Part shown: in pieces, positions 35,011 to 43,407 of the stretch
Position numbering within the stretch: the stretch's first letter is position 1
How the letters are laid out: each line of letters starts with the position of its first letter
Source: Candidatus Latescibacterota bacterium
GTDB taxonomy: Bacteria > Latescibacterota > UBA2968 > UBA8231
Length of the DNA: 64,000 bases
Direction of reading: 5' to 3'
Assembly (NCBI GenBank): GCA_965215195.1
Contig: CBDCDC010000002.1
Location: 3,040,001-3,104,000, forward strand
Made by a program: the position numbers and the translations under genes
Notes under the pieces: model-generated
Database searches by the model: none
Told to the model about the DNA's origin: nothing
What the model saw: only the letters and a program-made list of their open reading frames with translations

Positions 35011-37344
35011 TCAGTAGGCTACAGCGATGATTCGGTGCAGAACCTCATCGCCGGCATCAGCAGAGACGCGAAGCTGGCAGATATACGCGCCCGGAGGTAC
35101 TAGCTGGCCCGCCTGATCCCTCCCGTCCCACGCATGGACCCCCTCGGCTGCCTCGACAACGCGAACCAACTGCCCACTCAACGAGAAGATCTCGACGTCG
35201 GGTTCGGCGCGCACCTTGGTCAGGAGGAAGCGGATCGCGAGCTGATCGTTGACTCCATCTCCATTCGGCGTCACAATGTTGGGATTCAGGTCGAGGTTGC
35301 GGATCAAACTGCCCCCCGCAGCAGCAGGTACGTACACGGATGTCAGGCCCGTATCCTCTTCTCTCACTCCCTGCAAAACGCCCGTGTTCGAATTCCGCAC
35401 CCAAGCGTCGAAGCGGGTCGCCGCCTCGATCAGACGGGTTGCAAAGGAGATCGTCACCGAGTCGCGGCGATTGACTGTCGGCAAGGTGACGCTCAGGGAG
35501 TCGCCTAGCATCTCAACGGCGATCGGTTCTGCGTCGTTTTCCCCGATGCGGAGCGTCACATCCTCGACCGGGCGGGGCACGAGGATGAGGACCTGATTGA
35601 AGCCCGGCCCGGAGCCGATGCCCGGCTCGATGAGGTAGTCGAAGCGTTGGAGCGAGTCGAGTTCTGCCTCGCGGGGTGCGATCCGGCCGGTCACGCCGCC
35701 GCGAAGGAGAGGGTCGTCAAAGTTAATGGCGATAGACCGAAGGATCGCCGCGGTGTCGGGAGTGTCGCTGAGCAACCGAACCTGCAACTGCACGAAGTTG
35801 CGTGGACTCGGCGAGAGGAACGGTTGACCGGACCGCAGATAGGTGCGACTCCAAGAACTCCAGTCGGAACTAGGACGTCTAATCTCCACCACAGGCTGCT
35901 TCTGCGACTTGGGCAGTTTGTTCCACAGCGCGACGGGAATCTCCACCCCTGCCTTGTTGTAGTACTTGCTTTCTATGATGAAGGTATCCCCCGTCCGGGA
36001 GCGCAACTCGATTGATGCTTCCGGTGGCGCGTCCAAATCCCACTCGATGGTGGTAATGCTCTTGGTCGCCCCGAGGTCGATGTAGTCGGATGTCATCTCT
36101 ACGGCCGCCGGGTACCCTCCACCGAACCAAAGGTGCTCCCAGAGGCGGATGAAGTGGTTGTGGGGATGCCCATTCGCGTGGAACTTGTTGACCACGTGGT
36201 AGAACACGTAGCGCACCGGTCGCATTGGGAACTGAAAATCATAGATGTAGCGGGGCGGAGGGACCAGTAAGTTATCGACCTCGGTTAGTTCCTCATAGTC
36301 GAAGTTGCTCTCGACGCGATCCCCGGTGAAACCGGTCAGCTCCTCGCCGTCGGACGTGAACATGATGAAGCCGTGTTGACGGTTGTTCCCACCGCCGGAT
36401 GTGCCGAAGCCTTCGCGGAAGCTGATCGCCACATGGCGATCGAGATAGAAGGTCGCGCCGAGGTCCCACTCGTACCAAGCCCCCGAGAACTCCCAGTCTG
36501 CCGCCGCGTCCCGCTCGGCAGTCACCGACCACCATTCATTCATATCGCCGTCCATTACACTGGCGACGCCTTCGGTGTCGGTCCCGGAGACGATGTTGCC
36601 GCCGCGGTTCAGAGTGCCGAGGGCAATGTTCTCGCCCGGCGTCCACACTTCGATTTCTGCTAGGGCTGCGTCAGCCTGGGCTTTGTCGACGACGAAGCGG
36701 ATATACTGCACGACATTGAAGCTCAAGGTGTCGCCCGTGGCTAGATACGCGCCGGTCGCGCCGGCTGGATCAATGATGCTCAAGTCGTAGTCGATCACCG
36801 TCTCGGTGTTGGGCTCAATCGTACTGCCGACTCGGGTGAACAAGAAGACGTCGTTTCTAAGACTGGTCCGTGCGCCCTCCGAGGTGTACAGAGTGAAGTT
36901 CCGAAAAGGACGGGCACCGCTGGTATCTGGGAACACCAGTCGGATTCTGTTGGCGATCACGGTCCGACCGAGATCTACCTCGAGCCACAGGTCCTCCAGC
37001 TCGTCACTTGGAGAGGGTTGCCACCAAGTCGTGACGTCGCTGTCGATGACGTGCGACGCCGTCGCCTGGCCCGATCCCACCCGTCGCACACCGCCGAAGA
37101 CCAGCCCATCGTCCTTGGTCAGGTGCTCGAACTCGGAGGCGTTGGCCGCGGCATTGATATTGCGCCGATAGCGGCGCGGACGGACACTGCCATTAGTTTC
37201 CAGCACCACCGCTTCGCCGGGTAGGCTCCAAGTCTTCCATGCTGCGCGACTCTGGATCCGGTACGTCCCCGCTTCGACGCTCTGCCCTAGGGCGATGGGG
37301 AAAAACAGCAGTGCCAGCGCCCATGTACCATGTCGATAGTTCAT
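35011..37344 (-). CDS. Secreted double discoidin-like + FlgD Ig-like domain protein (class D2, module B)
   Basis: NINA..NAS.F, TTWWQP...WLEVDLGR, second unit MDGDMNEWW...WDLGA, RSRTGD, WSSWS, SPSPRNF, TPNGDGVND. Ends AVAY. Confidence 0.8.
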   Translation of the reverse strand: MNYRHGTWALALLFFPIALGQSVEAGTYRIQSRAAWKTWSLPGEAVVLETNGSVRPRRYRRNINAAANASEFEHLTKDDGLVFGGVRRVGSGQATASHVIDSDVTTWWQPSPSDELEDLWLEVDLGRTVIANRIRLVFPDTSGARPFRNFTLYTSEGARTSLRNDVFLFTRVGSTIEPNTETVIDYDLSIIDPAGATGAYLATGDTLSFNVVQYIRFVVDKAQADAALAEIEVWTPGENIALGTLNRGGNIVSGTDTEGVASVMDGDMNEWWSVTAERDAAADWEFSGAWYEWDLGATFYLDRHVAISFREGFGTSGGGNNRQHGFIMFTSDGEELTGFTGDRVESNFDYEELTEVDNLLVPPPRYIYDFQFPMRPVRYVFYHVVNKFHANGHPHNHFIRLWEHLWFGGGYPAAVEMTSDYIDLGATKSITTIEWDLDAPPEASIELRSRTGDTFIIESKYYNKAGVEIPVALWNKLPKSQKQPVVEIRRPSSDWSSWSRTYLRSGQPFLSPSPRNFVQLQVRLLSDTPDTAAILRSIAINFDDPLLRGGVTGRIAPREAELDSLQRFDYLIEPGIGSGPGFNQVLILVPRPVEDVTLRIGENDAEPIAVEMLGDSLSVTLPTVNRRDSVTISFATRLIEAATRFDAWVRNSNTGVLQGVREEDTGLTSVYVPAAAGGSLIRNLDLNPNIVTPNGDGVNDQLAIRFLLTKVRAEPDVEIFSLSGQLVRVVEAAEGVHAWDGRDQAGQLVPPGAYICQLRVSADAGDEVLHRIIAVAY

Positions 37345-37357
37345 CTCGTGATCTCTC

Positions 37358-39373
37358 TTAGTATGCCACGGCGACAGGGCGTAGTTTATCGACGGGACCC
37401 GCGTGGGTCTCTACCCGTACGCGACAGGCGTAGAGTCCGGGCATCGCCAAGCGTCCATCGTCTAGCCTGCCGTCCCAGTTGATCCCGTAGATCTCCTGAT
37501 CTAGCCGGTCCTCAAGCAACGAGCGCACTAGGCGGCCAGACAGATCGTAGATGCCGACACTCACCCTCACCCCCTCGACGCCGAGCAGCGCAAAGGAGGC
37601 TGTCGTCGCGTCGTTGACTCGGTCGCCGTTTGGCGTTAGCACGGATGGAATCAATTCTAGACTAGGTATTACTTCGAGTTGGGTGATTTCGGACTGCACT
37701 TGGATGTCGTTGGTCGTTACGTTGGGATTTGCGTCACCTGGATCGATCGACTGCGGCAGCACCTCGCCGGTCGTGGAGAGCACAGTTCCCGTGAAGTGCG
37801 AACTGAAACTCAAAGACGCTCCTCGGAAGAGAATGCGCACCGGCGCGTTGTCCGACGGCTGGACGCGATGAGAGGGGAAGTAAACGGTCAATTCCTGAGG
37901 TGCCGTGCGAAAGCTGTCCGGTGCGACCGGGACGAGGGGATCACCCATTTCGAAGCCTACGAGTTCGGGCGTCGAGGGCGTGAAGAGCCGTACGGCGTCG
38001 AAGCCTTCTTGGTCGCCTTCAAAGCGGGCGCGCAGGTCGAAGGTGAACACCGTGTCGCGACCCGCCTCGGCCTTGGCGATACCGGCCAGTGGTTGAGGAT
38101 CGTCCCGTAGAGCCACTTCCCCAACGATTCGGCTCGCCAGCAGCTCGGAGATTTCAAAGTCGATGGAATTGAGCCGGCCGAAGGTCTGGACATCCGCGCT
38201 TTCGATGGCGAACTGAAACTGCAGGAAGCGACGTCCATCAGGAGACTGGACGGGCTCTCCGGACGTCCGGCTTGGCGAAGACCAGAAGGACCAGTTGTCG
38301 ACATCGTTGACCACAGAGCCCCGGAGGCCAGGGCGCACTACCCCGGTGGCACTCGGCGGGAGGGCCTTGTTGAACTCCGCCTCGGTGACCTCGCGCTCGC
38401 GGCCGATCTGCGTGATGACGTGATAGACCAGAGGCGTATCGTCGTGGCCGGTTCGCGTTTGCATTGACAGGTGAACCTGAGCCGTGGAGTCGGGTAGGGC
38501 TTCGTCGCCGATTTGCCGGAAGGGAGTTAGATCCCAGTTGACGCGGCCGAAATTGAACGGACCGCCCATGTCGAGTAGGTGCGATACAAACCAGGTTCGC
38601 GTTGGATACCCGTCGGCGTAGGCCTCGATTTCGGAGAGGGTCTCGGTGAACCCGCCAGAGACGCCTAGGCTAAAATTGAAGCGGAGAAAGCGCATCATGG
38701 TTGGCGGCAGCGACAACTTGACGACCCGTTGTTGGTTATTGAAGCTCTTGGCGATCTCGATGGCCAGAGGGTTGTAGGAGGTTTCATTGGCCAGCAGGAG
38801 CAGAGCCGTGGGTTCGAGGGCACCGGTGATCTCGTAGCCTCGCGGGAACAAGTTCTTGAACTCCTCCCCCTCGACCGAGTATCCTGCGTTCGGCGCATAG
38901 AAGACTATGCGCGACACTGGCATAGGTACGCCTAGGTCGAAGGTCCACTGGGTGGGGAAAGGAGTGAGAGCACCGAGTGGATCCCCGTCGATCAACAAGG
39001 GGTTACCACCTCGTATCCCGCTTTGGATCCGCCAGAAGCGAGGCGTCAGATTGAGCTTAAATCCCGGGGTGCCTTGCCCCGACTTTCTAGTCGTCCAAGT
39101 GAATCCGAGGAGGTTGACGATTTGGCCCAGATCGCCGATCCCTCCGTGGAGGATGTTCTCCTCCGGCAGGAACCGACGCGGCTGTAGACTGCCGTGGGCG
39201 GTCGTATCCTCGAGGGCGGCGATCTCCTGCGCGATATCCGACCAAGGTACGCCCCCTTGGCCGATGACCAAGTGACGCACCTCGGCTGTGACGGCCGTCG
39301 TCCAAGCCATCGCGAGGAACACGCCCCACAGGCCCCATGTGATGCGCCTACGTCCAAATTCAATAAACGACAT
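37358..39373 (-). CDS. Secreted discoidin-like + FlgD Ig-like domain protein (class D1, module B)
   Basis: LIDGDP...FDLG...RIVFY...LSEIEAY, QTRTGHDDTP..Y, NWSFWS, TPNGDRVND, WDGR...G....PGLY. Ends AVAY. Confidence 0.8.
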   Translation of the reverse strand: MSFIEFGRRRITWGLWGVFLAMAWTTAVTAEVRHLVIGQGGVPWSDIAQEIAALEDTTAHGSLQPRRFLPEENILHGGIGDLGQIVNLLGFTWTTRKSGQGTPGFKLNLTPRFWRIQSGIRGGNPLLIDGDPLGALTPFPTQWTFDLGVPMPVSRIVFYAPNAGYSVEGEEFKNLFPRGYEITGALEPTALLLLANETSYNPLAIEIAKSFNNQQRVVKLSLPPTMMRFLRFNFSLGVSGGFTETLSEIEAYADGYPTRTWFVSHLLDMGGPFNFGRVNWDLTPFRQIGDEALPDSTAQVHLSMQTRTGHDDTPLVYHVITQIGREREVTEAEFNKALPPSATGVVRPGLRGSVVNDVDNWSFWSSPSRTSGEPVQSPDGRRFLQFQFAIESADVQTFGRLNSIDFEISELLASRIVGEVALRDDPQPLAGIAKAEAGRDTVFTFDLRARFEGDQEGFDAVRLFTPSTPELVGFEMGDPLVPVAPDSFRTAPQELTVYFPSHRVQPSDNAPVRILFRGASLSFSSHFTGTVLSTTGEVLPQSIDPGDANPNVTTNDIQVQSEITQLEVIPSLELIPSVLTPNGDRVNDATTASFALLGVEGVRVSVGIYDLSGRLVRSLLEDRLDQEIYGINWDGRLDDGRLAMPGLYACRVRVETHAGPVDKLRPVAVAY

Positions 39374-41282
39374 GGACCACTCTCACTTGGTTGAGTCCTT
39401 CTTGCCCGGCCATCACCGTGAGGCGAGCCACGTAGATTCCCGGTGCGACGAGATTGCCGGCTTCGTCCCTGCCATCCCAAGGATCCTCAAATAGGCCAGC
39501 CCGACGCGGGGTATTGGCCACTTCGCGGACGAAGCGGCCGGACAGATCGTAGATAGCTAGGCTAATATGTGCCGCCTCTACGAGGCGGATGATCGAGGAG
39601 GAGAAGACGCCCTCGTCGTTTATGCCATCCCCATTGGGCGAGATCGCGGCCGGGGCCATAGTGAAGGCATTGATGACGCTCCCGCCGCTACCGGAGAAGA
39701 AGACTCTCAAGGAGTTCGTGCTAACTTCCTCATTGGCATCGCCCTCGGCGATGTTCTGCGGCAGCCTGCCCCTCGTATCAGTTAGCTGCCCTTCGAGGAA
39801 CGTCGTGAACAGGAGCGAACGGGTGCGGAAGGTCACTCGAAGTCGTTCATCCCGACCGTGCTCGACGCGATTGCTGGGAAAATATACCCTCAGCTCGCCA
39901 TCTTCTTCCCGGACGCTGTCCGGCTCGACGTTGGTCAGCGGAGAACCGATCTGCAGCTGCAGAAACTGCGGGCGGGCGGGCGTGCCGATCCGCACTCCGT
40001 CGAAGCCCGAGAAAGGGGGCTCTCCCATATCCACGCGGATGTCGTAGGTCAGTGTCGTATCGACTCCGGCCCGGATGGAGGTCCGCCCGAGTGGTGGATT
40101 TGGCTCCTCGAGGAGGGCGACCTCCCCCACTGCACCTGCTGCGACTGGTGTGGAGTAGGTGATTGCGAGGCTATCTACCTGCATGGCGTCCGACGTGGAA
40201 CTGGCGAACTGCAAGTTGAACTGGAAGTAGTCGCGCGGGCCGGGCAGGTGGTCGAGCTGCATGGAATACAAACCAGTGGAATCCGCTTCGAGCGGATCGG
40301 TCCAGTTGCTCCAATTCACGAGATCCTGCACGATGGATCCCTTGAGTCTGTCTGAGAGGCTTGCGTAGGCAGAGCTAGTGGTCTCTTCCTCGCGGCCCGT
40401 TCTCTCGTCGACGATCTCGTAGTAGCGAAGGGGCGTGTCGTCTTGTCCGTTGTGCAGTTGCAGGGTCACGTGGGCCTCCGCGTCGGGAGCCGGAACCAGC
40501 GTCCCGTCCTCTTGCCGGCGGACCTTTGTCGCCCGAAAAGAAAGCGTCCCAAAGTTGACCACGGTCGGTAGCTCAATGAGCGACGATTGGTACGTTCCCT
40601 TGGGCACAAATCCTTCGCCGTGAACTTCGATCTCGGCCAGTTCAAAGGGATTGGCCGACAAGACCCGCAGGCGCACGAAGCGTAGCAACTGCGTGGGGAA
40701 GTCGATCTGGGCCCGCCAGTCGCGGCTTAGCTGCACCTGCCGGACGATCTCGTAGAGCGGTGCGCCTTCCTTGCTGTAGCTTTGACCATCGCTAACGGCA
40801 ATCTCGTAGGAGCGGATAAAGTCTTCCGGTGCTGTCGGTCGCGGGTAGAAGATGATGCTACTGGCAGGGAAGGAGGTCCCCAGATCCATGAAGAAGATCC
40901 GCCCCTCTTGGTTGATGCCGAAGGTCTTGAACCGATCGCCCGTTGAGGTCGTGGCATCTCCATCGACGAGGGTGGAACTGCGGTTTTCGGCGGCACCGGC
41001 CAAGGCCGCGTTGTCCCAAATATGGCCGCTCCCATCGGAGACGAAGTCCTGCGGCGAAGAGTTCTCCCACTGGACAGCTTGGGTCACGTTGTCTTCAAGG
41101 GAGAAGACGACAGGGCTCAGAATCTCGGGCGTCGTGAGATCGATGCCGGCGGCGATGTCCGCGTACGTGGACCAAGTGTCACCGCCTCGCCCGACGACCC
41201 AGACCTCTGTCTGAGCGTGTGCCGCCATGGCGATGCCCGCCACGAGTAGGACCCAATGGACGCGCATCGCCAACCTGCTCAC
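39360..41282 (-). CDS. Secreted discoidin-like + FlgD Ig-like domain protein (class D1, module B)
   Basis: LVDGDATT...MDLG...IIFYPR...FELAEIEVHG, NGQDDTP.RYY, NWSNWT, SPNGDGIND, WDGRDEAG.LVAPGIY. Ends HVVY. Confidence 0.8.
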   Translation of the reverse strand: MSRLAMRVHWVLLVAGIAMAAHAQTEVWVVGRGGDTWSTYADIAAGIDLTTPEILSPVVFSLEDNVTQAVQWENSSPQDFVSDGSGHIWDNAALAGAAENRSSTLVDGDATTSTGDRFKTFGINQEGRIFFMDLGTSFPASSIIFYPRPTAPEDFIRSYEIAVSDGQSYSKEGAPLYEIVRQVQLSRDWRAQIDFPTQLLRFVRLRVLSANPFELAEIEVHGEGFVPKGTYQSSLIELPTVVNFGTLSFRATKVRRQEDGTLVPAPDAEAHVTLQLHNGQDDTPLRYYEIVDERTGREEETTSSAYASLSDRLKGSIVQDLVNWSNWTDPLEADSTGLYSMQLDHLPGPRDYFQFNLQFASSTSDAMQVDSLAITYSTPVAAGAVGEVALLEEPNPPLGRTSIRAGVDTTLTYDIRVDMGEPPFSGFDGVRIGTPARPQFLQLQIGSPLTNVEPDSVREEDGELRVYFPSNRVEHGRDERLRVTFRTRSLLFTTFLEGQLTDTRGRLPQNIAEGDANEEVSTNSLRVFFSGSGGSVINAFTMAPAAISPNGDGINDEGVFSSSIIRLVEAAHISLAIYDLSGRFVREVANTPRRAGLFEDPWDGRDEAGNLVAPGIYVARLTVMAGQEGLNQVRVVHVVY

Positions 41283-42013
41283 CTGTGGGCGGCGAGTTCG
41301 GGAGGTGGTTGGTAGCCTCTGTACACTTCGCGCTGGTAGCGGAAGGTCAGATCGATGGTTTCCGTAGGCTCGTTGCGGTAGTCAAAACGCACGGCGACAT
41401 CGTCGATATGTACGCTGAACTCAGTGACGTCGTGGTCCAGCTTGGGAAACAGAACGTAGCCTGCCAAGTCCTGACCGCTGAACACGATATCTGCCGCGTA
41501 GAGGTTGCGGCGCAGTAGATCCCGCCGCTCCTGATAGTCGTTGTAGTTGTTGCCGGTGTATGCTTGGGCTTGGGAGTAGTAGTACTCAACCAATTCCGCA
41601 AAGGTGAGGGCTTTGTACGTGCGGCGACTTGTGGAGGACACCAGTTTTAGCCGCGCAGGATCAACGCGGACCTTTGGATAGGCGTAATTCTTCACCGACA
41701 AGAGGAACACCGCGTACTTTGGTGGCGTGAAGCACTCACCGAGCGGTTTCCAGTCGCCGTAGGTGAAGGGATTGGTGGCCTTCGCCCCTCCCGTGGAGTG
41801 AGCAGGGAACTGCCTATTCAACTCCTCGTCCGTCATCGGCCGCAGGCCGATCTCCAGACGCGCAAAGACGTAGGTGACCGAGCCGTCGTCTCCCACGACC
41901 ATGTGAGCTTCTTGCGAGGCTTCGGGAACCGGGTGGATCGGCCCGCCGAAGTATCTGCCACAGCCGGCCAAGAGCACTAGGAATGATAGTTGCAGTGCGC
42001 GGAACTGTTTCAT
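41279..42013 (-). CDS. Conserved hypothetical lipoprotein (class L, module B)
   Basis: MKQFRALQLSFLVLLAGC (canonical lipobox) from ATG 42013. Same motifs as 23434..24228. Confidence 0.8.
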   Translation of the reverse strand: MKQFRALQLSFLVLLAGCGRYFGGPIHPVPEASQEAHMVVGDDGSVTYVFARLEIGLRPMTDEELNRQFPAHSTGGAKATNPFTYGDWKPLGECFTPPKYAVFLLSVKNYAYPKVRVDPARLKLVSSTSRRTYKALTFAELVEYYYSQAQAYTGNNYNDYQERRDLLRRNLYAADIVFSGQDLAGYVLFPKLDHDVTEFSVHIDDVAVRFDYRNEPTETIDLTFRYQREVYRGYQPPPELAAHR

Positions 42014-42134
42014 AGCCGCTTTTGTCGGGAGTCGATCCTGAGAAAATCCGGCTTGGCCCGTTGTGCGGACTAGGCCGGGAGGCAATTGTGGAGCGCGGCG
42101 GCGATCTCGTGTCGCCACCAGAAGCAGACTTGCC

Positions 42135-42177
42135 GGTTAGCTGGACGCAGTCAAGATAGCTCTGCGTCCAGCTAACC
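42135..42177 (-). promoter_or_regulatory. Intercistronic stem-loop after the class C gene
   Basis: Perfect 16-bp stem GGTTAGCTGGACGCAG (42135-42150) and CTGCGTCCAGCTAACC (42162-42177), 10 bp after the stop codon. No U-tract. Confidence 0.65.
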
Positions 42178-42187
42178 AGCGTAGGCA

Positions 42188-43087
42188 CTACTTGTCAAAC
42201 GATGCTTTAATCAGCCCCCAACTGCTGCTCTCCACCGCCGTGGCCATGTCGTATTCGCCGATGGCCAGCAGGGTGTAGTCAGAGGCGAAGGTAGCATCCC
42301 AAGCCGCGCCGTTCTCAGCGGCTGTCGATAGCTGCACATCGCGGTTCTCGGTGTCGGCCTCGTTCAACTGATAGGTGAGACCAATCGTCTCTCCAGCGGT
42401 CAGGATGTGCCGGATACTGGCGGCCTCGCCTTCGAGCGAGAGCTCGTCGAAGAGCGGCATCGCGTACTCGTAGTTGACGACTACGTTTGGCGTCAGATTC
42501 GTGGCACCGGCCGGTTCCACGACGATATTGGCCTCCGCTAGGGCGTCAACCCAGTGCATCTCGGGCGGCGCTTGGTGGCGCAGCCACCACGTGCCGTTGC
42601 CGTACCCGGTGTCGTATCCGCCTGGCTCCGAAATGTGCATGGTGAACTGCTGACCGTTGGCGCTGTGGATGAGACCCTCGCCCTTCATTGGGCCGCCGCT
42701 GTTGTCGGCGTCGGGGATGATTTCGAGGTCATCGTCGAGCCAGCCGTTGTCCGCATCGGTCTGCGCTATATGCAGCGTATCATCGGTGACGCGGGCAAAA
42801 CCATAGAGGCGGTTGTCGCGGTCCGCACCTGTCCAGCCCGTCATGATGATGACGTCGATGTCCGCTTTGGAGGGAATCTCACCGGTGATGATCTCGATCA
42901 TGTCGTCGGGACCATAGGCAAAGGTCTGATCGAACCAAGCCCAGTCGTCACCATTGCCATCAATGGTCATGGTGGCACCGGCCGGAATCTCCAAGGCAAA
43001 GTAGCCGATGCCGTTGGCATTGCCGGCAAAGCTCGCGGATGCTCCCAGCAGCAGCACCGCAGCTAGGAGGACGGTTTTTCTCAACAT
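42188..43087 (-). CDS. Secreted CBM9/DOMON-like protein with SWGxIK C-terminal tail (class C, module B)
   Basis: Signal peptide, TIDGN.DDW, TGW......RLY....VTDD, DADNSGG, NGQQF. Tail ATAVESSSWGLIKASFDK. AAGGAG RBS. Confidence 0.75.
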   Translation of the reverse strand: MLRKTVLLAAVLLLGASASFAGNANGIGYFALEIPAGATMTIDGNGDDWAWFDQTFAYGPDDMIEIITGEIPSKADIDVIIMTGWTGADRDNRLYGFARVTDDTLHIAQTDADNGWLDDDLEIIPDADNSGGPMKGEGLIHSANGQQFTMHISEPGGYDTGYGNGTWWLRHQAPPEMHWVDALAEANIVVEPAGATNLTPNVVVNYEYAMPLFDELSLEGEAASIRHILTAGETIGLTYQLNEADTENRDVQLSTAAENGAAWDATFASDYTLLAIGEYDMATAVESSSWGLIKASFDK

Positions 43088-43181
43088 ACTTCTTCTCCTT
43101 TGTTTCGCTATGGCAAATTATAGCGTAGGCGACCCAGCGCCGTCTCTCGGTGCTGAGCGAGTTGAAAGACATAAGGCCAGC

Positions 43182-43210
43182 AAGGTAGAACGCCAATCTA
43201 CTGTTGTCAA
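43182..43210 (-). promoter_or_regulatory. Putative sigma70 promoter for the module B operon
   Basis: Minus strand TTGACA (43210-43205), 17-nt spacer, TACCTT (43187-43182). Confidence 0.55.
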
Positions 43211-43292
43211 GAAAAGAGTACTGTACCATTGCCGCGAAACAACCGACCGTGCAATGGCCTCTAACCACTGGCGGCAAGAATAGCGCAGATCC

Positions 43293-43320
43293 TTGCGACA
43301 GATGAGGATGTTACTATAAT
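43293..43320 (+). promoter_or_regulatory. Putative sigma70 promoter for the divergent foldase gene
   Basis: TTGCGA (43293-43298), 16-nt spacer, TATAAT (43315-43320). Confidence 0.5.
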
Positions 43321-43407
43321 GTAATACCCTTTCTGAGATCATCGAACCCTCTCGAGCGGGCATTGCACCGGATTTCCGCTCATTGCGCCGCAACTGGAGC
43401 GAACCGC

